A stretch of 64,000 nucleotides of DNA, taken from NCBI GenBank assembly GCA_038087875.1, contig CM075996.1:2234001-2298000 (forward strand), read 5' to 3'. Every line of letters starts with the position of its first letter. The first letter of the stretch is position 1. Positions 48,601 through 60,265 of the stretch are shown here, piece after piece. The DNA is from Malacoraja senta (lineage: Eukaryota). The position numbers and the translations under genes are program-made. The notes below the pieces were generated by a model. That model ran no database searches. It saw only the letters and a program-made list of their open reading frames with translations, and had not been told where the DNA came from.

Positions 48601-49401
48601 CATTTACAATTAAAATTTAAACTGAAAAACACTCATTATTTCAAATATTTTCAGATTTGTAATTTTTTGAAGACATACATACAGGGATATCAAAAAATAA
48701 CTCCTGATTTACTAGAAGAAGTAATGAATATAAAAGCTGATACACAAAAATTAATAGCATATTTATATAATAGTATCTTAAATATAGATTTACCTGTGAC
48801 CGAGGTAATTAGAGAAGAGTGGGAACGGGAATTATTGATAAAAATTACGAAGGCTACATGGGAAAAGTATTTGACATACATTCACAAGTGTTCGATTAAC
48901 GCAAGACATAATCTAATCCAATTTAAAATTTTACATAGATTATATTACTCAAAAATAAGATTAAATAAATTTTATCCAAATATATCACCCATTTGCGATA
49001 AATGTTTAATCCAAGAAGCAACTATAACACACTCTTTTGTTTCTTGTATAAAACTTCATGGATTTTGGAGTGATATTTTCGAAATATTTACAAAATTATT
49101 TAAGACAAAAATGGAACCCAATAATGAATTGATTATATTTGGGGTAATGGAAGACGGGAACAAATTGAGCTCATCTCAAAAGTCAATTTTTAATTATGGT
49201 TTAATAATAGCAAAAAAATTAATATTGAAATTTTGGAAAAATACACCAATACCAACGCTCAAAATGTGGATTGCAAGTATGTTGGATACCGCACATCTTG
49301 AGGAAATGCGATTCCTCCTAATAGATAAATTTGACCAATTCATAACGAGTTGGTCTCCATTTGTCGTCTTTTTGGAAACGTATGGTGCAAAACAGGTGTA
49401 A
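45616..49401 (+). CDS. L1 ORF2 (APE endonuclease, RT, CCHC), open 1261 aa but missing one RT motif
   Basis: SWNIRG, LQETH, GGDFN, SRIDY, SDHSP; PGPDG, YRAISLLN, DAEKAFD, YADD, YLGI; CDKC-x8-H-x4-C. Confidence 0.96.
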   Translation: MQDDRQIKNGGITFCSWNIRGANEPIKRGKIFAHLKSLKSDIIYLQETHMKQETQMRLKAKWIGQTYYSSLTSKSRGTAILIRKGIPFKLKNTISDKEGRYIIVSGEIYATPITMVNIYAPNFDNPQFFEKIIDIILEFNYQNVIIGGDFNCVLDPYLDKSAKQRRSNTKSKTSEFLNTYIKNTNITDVWRSANPAGREYSFYSSVHKTYSRIDYFLVDRKLMPYIINPTYHISSISDHSPLTFLVKFEGMPGKNFFWRFNTYILNDLQGYQYLKQQMISFLEINDTPGTSPSLIWETFKAFIRGIIISYEIFQNKKNKTEQMLLEQEIRQLELDNAKDPTIDKHNKIILLKFKLNRILSARVIRLFQITKQEHFEFGDKPHKLLARQLKKQEKENTINKIKSENGELLTLPKDINKRFVQFYQNLYTSKTKTEDSKITNFLDKCNLPKLDLLEQEELGAQITIEEIGETIKLLKNGKTPGPDGFSNEFYKKFHEITTPYLFNLYTHVFKENKLPETLAESTITLIPKKDKDLEEPCSYRAISLLNTDQKILAKTLARRLSKYISKLINPDQTGFIPKRYSFNNLRRLFNIMYSHKKEEKDLAIISLDAEKAFDQVEWQYLYIVLQKFNMGENFIAWVKLLYDKPMARILTNSMLSQKFQLSKLPLLFALMIEPLAESIRSHPNIQGYNTRDSNNKISLYADDILLYITNSHTSIPNLLNLIEEFGSFSGYRINWNKSEIMTLKPQESTHLLKFPFKIATEKFKYLGIQITRKHKALFNANFIPLINKLNIMIKFWKTLPLSLIGRINAIKMSFLPQLLYLFQSIPVYIPKYFFSKLNANITNFVWDYKSHRIKKEHLCKPKDVGGLSLPNFLYYYWAIHIKNIIYWLDSSTQQTEWIKMEKEDCYPCNIGTILFSPKKMNNTIYKKNPIIQDTIRIWKQIKLSLKLRNLSLLTPIANNPLFKPSMMDKIYNQWESLGIKRIGDMYEMGDLLSFQHLQLKFKLKNTHYFKYFQICNFLKTYIQGYQKITPDLLEEVMNIKADTQKLIAYLYNSILNIDLPVTEVIREEWERELLIKITKATWEKYLTYIHKCSINARHNLIQFKILHRLYYSKIRLNKFYPNISPICDKCLIQEATITHSFVSCIKLHGFWSDIFEIFTKLFKTKMEPNNELIIFGVMEDGNKLSSSQKSIFNYGLIIAKKLILKFWKNTPIPTLKMWIASMLDTAHLEEMRFLLIDKFDQFITSWSPFVVFLETYGAKQV

Positions 49402-49407
49402 AAGCTA

Positions 49408-49946
49408 ATAGATACATAGATACATAGAAAATAGGTGCAGGAGTAGGCCATTCGGCCCTTCGAGCCTGCACCGCCATTCAATATGATCATGGCTGATCAT
49501 CCAAATCAGTATCCCGTACCTGCCTTCTCTCCATACCCCCTGATCCCTTTAGCCACAAGGGCCACATCTAACTCCCTCTTAAATATAGCCAATGAACTGG
49601 CGTCAACTACCCTCTGTGGCAGAGAGTTCCAGAGATTCACCACTCTCTGTGTGAAAAAGTTTTTCCTCATCTCGGTCTTAAAGGATTTCCCCCTTATCCT
49701 TAAGCTGTGACCCCTTGTCCTGGACTTCCCCAACATCGGGAACAATCTTCCTGCATCTAGCCTGTCCAACCCCATAAGAATTTTGTACGTTTCTATAAGA
49801 TCCCCTCTCAATCTCCTAAATTCTAGCGAGTATAAGCCAAGTCTATCCAGTCTTTCTTCATATGAAAGTCCTGACATCCCAGGAATCAGTCTGGTGAACC
49901 TTCTCTGCACTCCCTCTATGGCTATAATGTCCTTCCTCAGATTTGG
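49408..49946 (-). mobile_element. Young CR1 3' fragment nested antisense in the L1 3' UTR
   Basis: VQRRFTRLIPGMSGLSYEERLDRLGLYSLEFRRLRGDLIETYKI..; (TCTATGTA)n tail on minus strand. Confidence 0.95.
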
Positions 49947-50406
49947 ATGGTCAAGATTATAAATGATCTCCTATTTTCTTTTCTTCTCTTCTTTTCATTT
50001 ATTCTCTTTCTTCTATTTTCTATGTCTCAACTTTCTTATTTCATTCTTTATTTTTATTTTTCACACACTATATATCTCACATTTTTCTATTTTTCATTAT
50101 CTAACTTTTTTCTTTTTCTTCTTTATTTCAAAAAAATTTAAAAAATAAGAAGCTGTACATAAAAGGTATTATGAAAATATGATTGTATACAATTGTACTT
50201 ACTTCTAATAAAATAAAAATAAAAAAAATAAAAAAACAGAAAATGCTGGAAACAGCCAGTAATTCTGGCCACAGCTATGGGGAGGGAATGAGGGTTCAGT
50301 TGATGCTGAGTGTTAGCAGCATCTTGTTTTTGTGTCTCCTCGGGGTGACTTTGTCTGTACCAGACTTTGTACTCTTTTGTTATTTGTTCTTAGGACCTGG
50401 CAAGAG

Positions 50407-50735
50407 TTTATTGTCCATCCCTAATCGCCTATGAGAAAGTGTCAATCTGATGCCTCCTTAAACCCTAGCAATCTGCATGGTGAAGGGGTTTCCTCAGTGC
50501 TGTTGGGTGGGTGTTGCTGGATTCAGACCCAGCAGTGATGAAGGAACAAGCTTACATTTCCAAATTGTGACGGGGTGTAACCTGGAGGTTAAACCTGCAG
50601 AACACAGTGTCTCAATGTTTCTCTGCCCTTCTTAATGGGTTTGGGTGGAGCTGCTGAAGAAGTCTCATTGAGTTTTGGCAGTACACCTTGTGGTTAGTAT
50701 ACAGTGCCGAGATGGTGTGTCGGTGATGGAGGCAA
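50407..50735 (-). mobile_element. Old LINE 3' fragment (same family on + at ~59545-59915)
   Basis: TTTATTGTCCATCCCTAATCGCC tail; + copy ends CAGTTCAAAAAGGTGGCTCAGCACCATTTTCTCAAGGGGCAATT. Confidence 0.55.
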
Positions 50736-51519
50736 AGAATGACCATTATAGGAGCACAAAGGCAAGGGGCCTATTTTGCCCTGGATGGCTTGTGCTTTAC
50801 CATCTCTCCTTTAATTGAATGGACTCCATTCAAGTCAACAATCAAGAATGCTTAATTGCCTCATGCATTGTGAACGAAACAATGAAATTCTTATTTCCTA
50901 GCATCACTTGCTAGTTCTTGCCTCACTCCTTCCCCTCACCTACTCCAACAGTCTGAAGATGGGTCCGGAACCGAAATGTCATCTATCCTTTTACTCCAGA
51001 AATGCTGCTTGACCCGCAGAGTTACTCAGCATTTTGTGTCTATTTTTAGTATAAACCAGCATCTGTCTGCTATTCTTTGTTTTTCCAAAGAATTGTCTGT
51101 CCATTTCCCTCCTCAGATGCTTCCTGACCCACTGAGCTCTTCCCACAGTTCGTTTTTTGCTCGATATCCCAGCATCTGCAGATTTTTTGTGGCTCCACGA
51201 GTCTTCTGCCAGTCAACTTGAATGAACAGTTCATCTGCCACGTATATCCTCAACCAGATTGGATAACATTTTTCCGGGCAGGAAGGATACTGGGTGCCAA
51301 GAAGGCAAATGTGTGGGAAGAATTCTCATGTTACTGCAATCCCACAATCCTTACATGTCAGTACAAGTGTGCAAGCATTTCCAGATTCAGGGAGAGTTTG
51401 TTCAACTTAACGTGTCACGAGACCAATACACCAAAACCTAGTGGTGAGTCACAGGTTGCAGAGCTCTGAGTCATGAAGGGACTGACTTCCAAAGACTTGA
51501 GCACAAATCCTTTTGTCAA

Positions 51520-52012
51520 TGAAGACACAAAGTGCTGAGTAACTCAGCGGGTCAGACAGCATCGCTGGAGAACATGGATGGGTGATGTTTCTGGTCAGGA
51601 CCCTTCTTCAGACTAATTGTAGGGGTGGGTGGGGTGGAAGAAAGCTGGAAGAGAAAAGGAGGACAAAGCCTGGTAGGTTATAGATTGATGCAGCTGATGA
51701 GGGGTTTTGATAGGCAGATGGTTGGACGAAAGACAGAAAGTTCTAGCTGGTTGTGGTCCTCTCATCTGGTCTACCCATTTCCTTCCCAGCTGTATGATTG
51801 GCTCTTAAATACCCTAGCAACCCAATCATTTCAAGGTGAATTCCGGATGCACAAAAAAATGCACCTTCTTCACCACCTTGATACCACTGTTACTGTTACC
51901 ACTTTCAGCAAACTAGATTTTGTCTGAAGAAGGATTCCGACCTGAAACGTTACCTATCCATGTTCTCCAGAGATGCTTCCTGACCTGTTGAGTTACTCTA
52001 ACATTTTGTCCT
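51520..52012. mobile_element. Inverted Penelope pLTR pair
   Basis: Inverse pLTR 51520-51730; forward GTCTGAAGAAGGATTCCGACCTGAAACGTTACC at 51922-51954. Confidence 0.75.
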
Positions 52013-52759
52013 TTTTTGCTGGAAATACTTAGTAGGCCAGGCTGAATGAGAGATGATGATCTAGAGTAAGAATATGTATCATGGGCTGAATAGCCTGCCC
52101 TCATTGAATTTTTGGATATCTGGAGTGGAACTTGAACTCACAGCTTCTGGCTCTGAAGTAAGGGTCACAGTTGATGTCCACATACAGGTGTCTGCAAACT
52201 TTCTTGACAAAAGAGAGAGCGATTGAGAAGCTGGGCAGATATTGGGACTGCATCCTTCTCCCCAACCCCACATGGGCAAAATTCAGAAGGATTTAACATT
52301 TTTTGTTGATGTTATTACTGCATCCCTAACAACCAAACACTTGCTGTAACATTTTACAGGGTTTGTTGACTGTGCAACTGGGCATCACATGCAGGGTAGT
52401 TTCCTTTCCCTGAAGGATGTAAGTAAACGAGTTTGGTTTTTCTCACACTCCAGCAGCTTCCCTGGATAATATCCTCAAGTACCAGGCCACAAATTACCGT
52501 TCACATGCGCAACTTGGCACCGAGGGATTTGAACCCACGGCCTCTGGCCCTGTACCATAACCACAAAACTAATATACACATTCAGGGGAAAATTGTAGGT
52601 TGAAATTGACCAAAATGCTTTGAGATTAATCCTAAAATTCTCTGTGACCTCAGGGTAATCTTTAAAGGAGCCACTGCCTGATATCAAACAGGGAAATGGG
52701 GCTGCTGCCCAGGACAGAAAATCAGACATCGACAAAGTCTTTCAAAAAAAGAAAACAGA

Positions 52760-54430
52760 AACAGAAGTAGGTCACCATGCCACTAAACCTGCCCCACCAT
52801 ATAATAAGCTGCCCTTAACTACCCTTCTGCCTTCAATCGCCATAACCGTCACTTCCCTCATCTTGCAAATTCTTATCTATCTCCACCTTAAACATCTCTG
52901 ATGATCGGGCCTCTAACACTTTCGGGAGCCGAGAATTCAAGTGATTTCCTACTAACTGAGAGCAGATTTCTATTTTAAATGATAGGCCTGCTATTTTGTG
53001 GCCATGTCCCCATGTTTACGTTTTTCCCACGAGTGGAAACATCTCATCATCTATCCTGTCAATTCCCCTTAGAATCTTATAGGTTTGAATAAAGTCACCC
53101 TTCATTCTTTTGAACTACAAGGAATACGGACCAAAACTGTCTGGCCTCTCTTGATAGGATACCCCCTCCCATCCTAGGAATTCGCCTGGTGAATCTCCTT
53201 TGGACTACATCAAATATTACCATATCCTTTCTTTGGTAAGATTTTAACCAAGAGATGAATGGTTCTCTTCTGCGTAAGAGACCCATGTGCAGTTCTCCAG
53301 GTGTGGTCTCGCCATCACCTTTTCCAGCTTTAACAAAACCTCCCAATTCATAAACGCCAATACTTTTCAATAAAGGCTAAGGTGGCGTTAGCCTTCTTGA
53401 CCATTTGTTGGACCTGCCTGCTAACGTTTGGCGATTTATACCCAAGAACACCTCTCATTTGCAGTCTCCCTCGGATGGCATGGTAGAGATGCTGCCTCAC
53501 AGTGACAGAGACCCGGGTTCGATCCTGACTATGGGTGCTGTGTGTACAGAGATAGCATGTTCTTCCTGTGACCGCGTGGGTTTTCTCCGGATGCTCTGGT
53601 TTCCTCCCGACTCCAAAGATGTACAGGTTTGTAAGTTAATTGGCTTGGCAAAATTATAAATTGTCCCTACTGTGTGTAGGATAATGTTAGTGTGCGGGGA
53701 TCGCCAGTCGGCGCATACTCGATGAGCCGAAGCGCCTGTTTCTGCACTGTATCTCTAAACTAAACTAAACTAAACTAAACTCTCCATTTAGACAATAGTC
53801 TGCCTTTTGATTCTGTTTATTGAACTGCATGACGTCACACTCCCCCTCATTAAAGTCTAGTTCCCAGGTTTTCAAATAATCACTCAATCTATCTGCATCC
53901 CATTGCAGAATCATTGTCCGTGACATAACACCCCCTTCCATCTATTTTCATATCATTGGCAAACTTAGAAAGCTTACATTTCAATCCCTCATGCAGGTCA
54001 TTAATGTAGATACACTGTATACAATTGTGGGCCAAGAACCGATCTCTGGTATACTTGATCAGATTTATTACTCAATTCATTTATTCCAACTCTTTGTTTT
54101 CTATGTGACGGCTAGATTTTAATCCATGCTATAATAAGTTTGGCTCTTAATTAATGCACCTTGTCAAAAGAATTTGGGAAATCGAAATATGCTACATCTG
54201 TAGGCCCCCCTCCATCAACTCCCCATGTCACATCTTCAAAGAATTCCAAAGAAGACACAAAGTGCTGGAGTAATTCAGCGGGTCAAGCAGCATCCATGGA
54301 GAACATGGATAGGTGATGTTTTGGGTCAGGATCTTCTTCAGACTCCTAGTTCAAAGAATTCAAGCACATTTGTCGAACGTGATTGACCTTTCATTAAACT
54401 ACGTACACTAGGTTTGATTAAATTCAGCTT
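52760..54430 (-). mobile_element. Long diverged CR1 ORF2 fragment, interrupted by a V-SINE (53474-53780, +) and a pLTR (54250-54345)
   Basis: DVVQRRFTRRIPRM; AAGTTTGCCAATGATATGAAAATAG (KFADD-like RT motif remnant) on minus near 53945-53965. Confidence 0.8.
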
Positions 54431-54579
54431 TCCTAAGTAATGAGTTCATTTTTAGTCATTGTCTGTAGCATATTTTCATCAATAGATGTTAAACTTCCTT
54501 GTTTTTTTAAATGAGGGAGCAACATTAGTTGTAATCCAATCTGATCTTCTGGTATATCCCACACAAGGGAGTTAATGCA

Positions 54580-55076
54580 GGAGTCACATTGGCCAGGACA
54601 CTGCAATAAACCTTCCCCATTCTTTGAAGCACTGCCAGGGATGCTCTTACATCCACCCGAGAGATGGTGGCAAGGTGGTGCAGCTGGTGTGCTGCCACCT
54701 CACATTCTCCCGATCCGGGTTCAATCCTGACCCCAGGTGCTGTATATGTAGAGTTTGCACGTTCTCTCTGTGTTTGCTCTGGGTTCTCTGGTTTGCTCAC
54801 ACATTCCGTAAGTGTGCTGGTAAGTTAACTGACCACTGTAAATGACCACTTAGTGTAGTTTACTGGCATGGAGAATCAAAGGGGAGATGTTGGGCATGCA
54901 TGAAAGAGAGAGTGAATTGTAGTGAATTCAGCCGAGGGGACAATGGAATTGCTCCCCGGGAGTCAGCATAGATCTGATGGCCAGAGTGGCCTGTTAATTT
55001 GTGGTTATGAGTATAAAATAAGAAAAGAGACGGGGCCTTGCTTAGTGGCTCATTTGCAAGACAGTGCAGCACTGCA
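54580..55076 (-). mobile_element. DeuSINE fragment split by a V-SINE (54665-55000, +)
   Basis: Minus: GTGCTGCACTGTC..AGGCCCCGTCTC [insertion] CTCTCGGGTGGATGTAAGAGCATCCCTGGCA..GTGTCCTGGCCAAT. Confidence 0.65.
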
Positions 55077-56689
55077 TTAAACAACAGTCTGTGAAATCAT
55101 TCCAATAAAATCAAACTAGCAATAAAATAAAATGGATTGTTTATGTGGGAAGGGAGGGATGGTGGAGCTGGCCAAGATGGAAATCATGAATTGTCAATGG
55201 CGTCATGCAGGCAGAGAGATTATACCATGCGGTTAATTTACGTGGTCAAGCTTTGCAGAGTGTAAACATGAATAGTAAATGTGTCAGGAAAATTTCCCAG
55301 AGAAATTTCAATTAGTTAAATTACTTTTGCCTCATTGTAGGGACTGGGTAAACATGTGGAAGAGGGGGGTGGAAGGACATGCCAATGAGATTAGATGGGG
55401 AGGGTGGGAGAAGGGTTGCTTGGGGCATGAATTTGTCACTGCCAGATTTTGCCCTGTGGGTTTCATCCGTCAGAACGATATCTTTGCCATAAAACCCCTG
55501 ACTTGTTAAACAATGATTGAAGCAGATTTTACAGGGACATTTAAAAAGGTGCATTTGACCCTCTTGCATGGGAAAGTGCCAGGAAGCACACAAAGTGGGC
55601 CAAATGGCCTCCTACTATGGAGTGTGATTCTATCGCTAGCTGCCACAAACTCAGCCAAAGCAACAAACTGACATAACTCCCAGATCTTTAAATATTACCC
55701 GTTTGATGTTGTCGCTGTTTTGTAAGTTGCTGCCTTCCACTGTTTGTGATTCAGCTTCTAACAAAACAGCAGCTGGGTATGCAGGAAGGGAACAACAGCA
55801 AGCCCACTGTCCCATGTAGCGGATTCATGCTGCTGCTGTGAGGGTCCCCGGCTGTTTATCAGGAACTGTCTCTCTGCGGAGTCCACTGACAATCCCTGGC
55901 CACGGATCCCTGCAGAGTCTTTCACAGAGAAATGTACAGTCACTTACAGAGCAGTGCCTGTCCCCTCTCCCTACCTTACCTCCCATTGCCACCCAAACCC
56001 CACCAATTAAATCAATCCTGTTGGGTTGCCAACTCACCTGGAATCTCCAGGGATAAAAGATTAGACATGGAAACAAACAATCGCTTTTTCACCCCGATTA
56101 TTCCCTCTTTTCTTCTATACCACTGGGCAGGAGACACGATTGCTTGAAAGTACATTCCACCAGGTTCAGGAACAGCTTCTTTCAAGCTGTTTTCAGATTT
56201 CTGAACAGTCCTCTCTTAAACTAGACTGTAGACCGAATCTTCCATCCTACCTCACTGCGGACCTTGGACTTTTTCACTGTTTTTGCTGTATCCCAACAAA
56301 CGTGATCAATACCAAGAATAACAATTGTGAGAGTAAAAAAAATGGAATAGCTTTCTTTGTGTTTTCTTTTGAATACAGTTGATTATTTGTTGTGAAATAG
56401 TGGGGAAGGAGAGACATTACTATTTGGCTAGGGTGGGATGATTGGATTTTGGAGACAATGAGATGGAAACTTCAGGAAACTGCCCAAGCCGGCATGACAA
56501 CTCCCAGTCAGTGATGCTCCCTGGCAAAATAGAAAATGCAATGTTAATCTAATGTAAAGCTTCCAGGAACGGGATTAGTGAAATAACATGATTGTGAGAA
56601 GGTAGGGTGGGGTGGTGAGAGGCCATCACAGATGAGGACAGAGAAGGTTATCCCGTACAGTATGAAGATAATGTTTTGGTGGTCTTGGT

Positions 56690-57075
56690 CGTTACTGATG
56701 ATAATCAGTATGAAGAGGAGAGTAACGATGCCATGATCACGTTGATAATATTTATAGTGATGCTGATATTGACGCTCATGATCACAATGTCATGATAACA
56801 CCGATGTTATTGTCGATTATGATAAGTGGAGGATGACGATGATATTGATGCAAGTAATATTAATGAGGATATTGATGGATGAGATAGACAATATTAATGA
56901 TGATATTGATAAGATTGGTGATGAAAAAATAAATACCAATGAAGAAGATTGGTAATAACGATGACATTCATGACAATAGTGATGATAATGATGAGGATGT
57001 GGGTTACATTGATGATACTGAGTGTTGATGATGTTTATGATAATATTGATACTAATGTTGATATTAATGATGAGG
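56690..57075 (+). repeat. Degenerate (GAT)n tract
   Basis: Direct reading. Confidence 0.85.
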
Positions 57076-58164
57076 GAAGGGAGAGGAGAAGAAAAATGTG
57101 AAGAGGAGAAAGATAAAAAACAGAAAGAAAAACATAACAAAGTTTTGGAATTGATGATGGTCCTATAACCTCAGACTGTCCCGTGAAGCTTGTGGCATGG
57201 TCACTCTTGTAATGCATGAAATCATTAAGATGATTCATCCCAAAATAGCCATGCCCCATGGAAGAGCCTCTTCTGTAGTTGTGTGCTGGCACCACAGTGC
57301 AGTTAGAAAAAGGGAAGTTGAGACCCGTATCCCTCTCATTTTTCCACCATGTTGATTTCCTGTCATGATGTGTGGCAGAAGCGAGCATCTCCCTCTGGCT
57401 GTGTGGCACAGCAGCGGAGGGGCATCCTGGTTCCCTGAGGATCCACAGGCTCTTCCTCCCTCTGGTCATCTCGGAAATGTTGCATTAACCAGAAAGCACC
57501 AGGGAGTTGGTAACATCAGAGACCACACATGCTGTGCCCATTCCAGTGGTTTACCCTTGTTCCTAACTCGACTGTCTCCGTTAATGTTAACATTCAGGGA
57601 ATCCCAGGAGACATCACCAAATCTCCACCACCAGATTCACTTTGACCCTCTTGGCATCGCTTGTACTCCCAGCGGTTGAGATAATCTACATTCCCACAAT
57701 CAACATTTAGGCTGAAGCCTCACAAAATACAGATTACAATCTCCAGCCAGAATCTCCTACGTACGCTACAAATTACTTGCAGACTGGGATGGAAGACCTA
57801 GCCTTCACTAGCACATTGACCAGAGCTGACCAGAGCCTAACTCAACCATCATCATTATCACCACAAGTGCTTTTAGAGAATTGCTTAAGACAGTGAAATG
57901 TCGAAAGAAGTTTAATTTTTTTTTTACATTGAATGATATAATAAAGAATTTGATGGAAACACTCAGCAAGTTAGGTAGCATCTTTGGAGAGAGTGACAAT
58001 GCAAATGTTTCAGGTTAAAGACTGTCAGAATTGTGAAAGAGAGAGTTTGGTTACAGAGAGGTTGGGGAAGAAATGTATAGTCAAAGGAAATATCTGTGAT
58101 TGAGCAAGGCCAGGGTCGACGTGTTGATAACATGTTGATGAAGCCATCTAGATGATAACTAATG

Positions 58165-58231
58165 AGGGGAGAGGGAGAGAGGGAGAGAGGGAGAGATAGA
58201 GAGAGGGAGAAGGAGAGGGAGAGGGAGAGGG
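58165..58231 (+). repeat. (GAGAGG)n simple repeat
   Basis: Direct reading. Confidence 0.9.
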
Positions 58232-58794
58232 AAAACTACAAAGGAGCATATAAAACTATGAAATGCAGACAAGGACTGTAGAAAATGCTCACAGGTCAGG
58301 CAGAGAGTAAAACAAAGTTAATGTTACAATAGGCAGTAATTTCTTATATAAAAAGAGAATACAAGTTATCTAAAATTGTTGAATTAGATATTGACGGCAT
58401 GTCCCGGAAGAAGATGCGGTGCTGGTCCTCAAGATTAATCTGAATCTCATTAGAACAGTGAGGAGACCACCGACAGATAGCTCAGAGTGGGACTGGGATG
58501 GAGAATAAAGTCTGTCTGCAGCCCTCCTGCATTGTTCTCATGAGGCACAATATATTCTTGAGAACCACAACGTTTCTTCCTTCTGGGGTGTAGTAGCCTT
58601 TGGGACTTAAAATTGAATTCAATAATTTTAGATAACTTAGTGAAAGAGTTAAACAATTGTAGTGGATGTTAGTAAATCCTCTTCTGGGACAGCACAAGAA
58701 GAGGACCATCTTGCAACTTTCAAATCTCAAGTCTCTGAAATCAAATCCGATCTTGGCGTAAGGTGACGGCACATTTTATTTTCTCACTTTAAAG

Positions 58795-59089
58795 CCTGGT
58801 GCCCTGGCACCAATGGATCGATGAAGTAGGGCTCAGCAGTTCGATGATGTTGTCTCCTTCCACCGCTGCTCCATGCAGCCGCCGCATGCTGCGCTCGATC
58901 CGCTTGCGCATCCCGCCGCTAAAGAGCCTCCAATGGCCACCTCCACCAACACCACGGCCCGCAACCACTGCACCCCCGCCATTTGTCTCTCTCCTGCAGC
59001 CGCCCCTCTGCTTCAGTGCTCTGAGATCGCCGTGTCCTGCTTCCCAAATGGACCATGAAACTTTAGAGTGCTTTCCAAGGGCACAGGAG
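58795..59089 (+). CDS. Candidate 295-nt host coding exon (LVPWHQWIDEV...SLLQPPLCFSAL...DHETLECFPRAQE); possibly an Rbfox-family N-terminal extension, unverified
   Basis: Acceptor TTTTATTTTCTCACTTTAAAG|C, donor GAG|GTAAGC, one frame open end to end, GC/CpG-rich unique sequence. Confidence 0.55.
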
Positions 59090-60265
59090 GTAAGCTTGCG
59101 GACCATTCACAGGCACTAACTTTTACCTACGCCTTCTACTGCTACCATTTTGTTACAGGTTTTGTTATGCTGAAGGAGGTTATAGAGGTAGGGAGGTCAG
59201 AGCCGAGGGAAGGAGCTGAACATAAGAATGGGAATCTGAGACATTGTGGGAGCCACAACAGTGTAGTCTCAGTGAGCCATGACATGCACCGCAGAATTAT
59301 GAGAGTAGGCACTAACAAGAGCATTGGAAGAGTCAACTCAGTTGGAAACAGGAACATTTCAATCTTTTCAACAAAGGTTGATTCAGGAATCAAGTTATTT
59401 AGTATGCTGGAGATGGTAATACGAAGAGACAGTCTTGGGAGATGTTGAGGCCACAGTCAATTAGAGCAGGCAAAATCTCAATATCTCAGCTCCTGGCCTC
59501 TCGAATGTTCTACATCATTTACAAAACAACAATCAGGTCAAGAACAGCTGCTCCTTTACTGGAAGCACAGGAAGCTGGATACCGTCCAGCACAAAGTGTT
59601 GAATTTGATGGATAGTTGTAACACTCCCTCCACTGATGGTCTACTGGCACTATTGCCCATTGCATCTGCCTGGTATACAGTAGCAAATTACTACTACATG
59701 ACAGAAACTCCTTCCATTGTAAACATGACCATCAAGAATGTGAAGAGCAATGGTGGTGTGGGAACAACAGCACCTACCAACCTCAACTTTCCAGCCTATT
59801 AATCTTTTGGGTTGAAATCCAAGAACATACCAAGATCATCAGAAGATCTGCAACAGTTCAAAAAGGTGGCTCAGCACCATTTTCTCAAGGGGCAATTAAA
59901 AAATGCTGGCCTGAGAATAAACATTTACGTGAATAATTTGTAACTCCTTCAATTGAAGCTGAGAAATAATTGCAAACCTACAAAGCAATCTGCTGTAGGA
60001 ATTTGTCTCTGGTCTACAGAAGGAAAGGAGTTTCACTCACTGGTGGCTGTTGCCTCTGCTGTGGAGCTGAAGATGTGGGATTTGAGTTCAACTGATGTTC
60101 GATTCTTGCAAACAATGCTGGCCACCGAGAAGGAGTTTGTCTCCCTTTGAGTCTTACGCTGGAGCTCCTGACTTTCGACAGAGAACGGCATCTGTATTTG
60201 CACTGATTAGTGTGAGGAACCCAATCATTGGCAAACCAACAAATGCACCTTAACACATGCAATCA

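Larger units (their letters stand above)
44303..50231 (+). mobile_element. 5'-truncated L1-clade LINE with TSD
   Basis: ORF1 C-terminus, ~960 bp spacer, ORF2, T-rich 3' UTR, AATAAA/A-rich tail; TSD AAAAACAGAAAAT at 44290-44302 and 50232-50244. Confidence 0.95.

Noticed and set aside
45616..49401. Active autonomous L1
   Set aside because: 5' truncated (no promoter, partial ORF1) and RT lacks the QGCPLS motif
56817..57140. Ile/Ser/His-rich ORF
   Set aside because: Translation of a degenerate (GAT)n tract
58789..59106. Minus-strand 105-aa ORF
   Set aside because: Shadow of the GC-rich + strand exon candidate; splice signals support the + strand only
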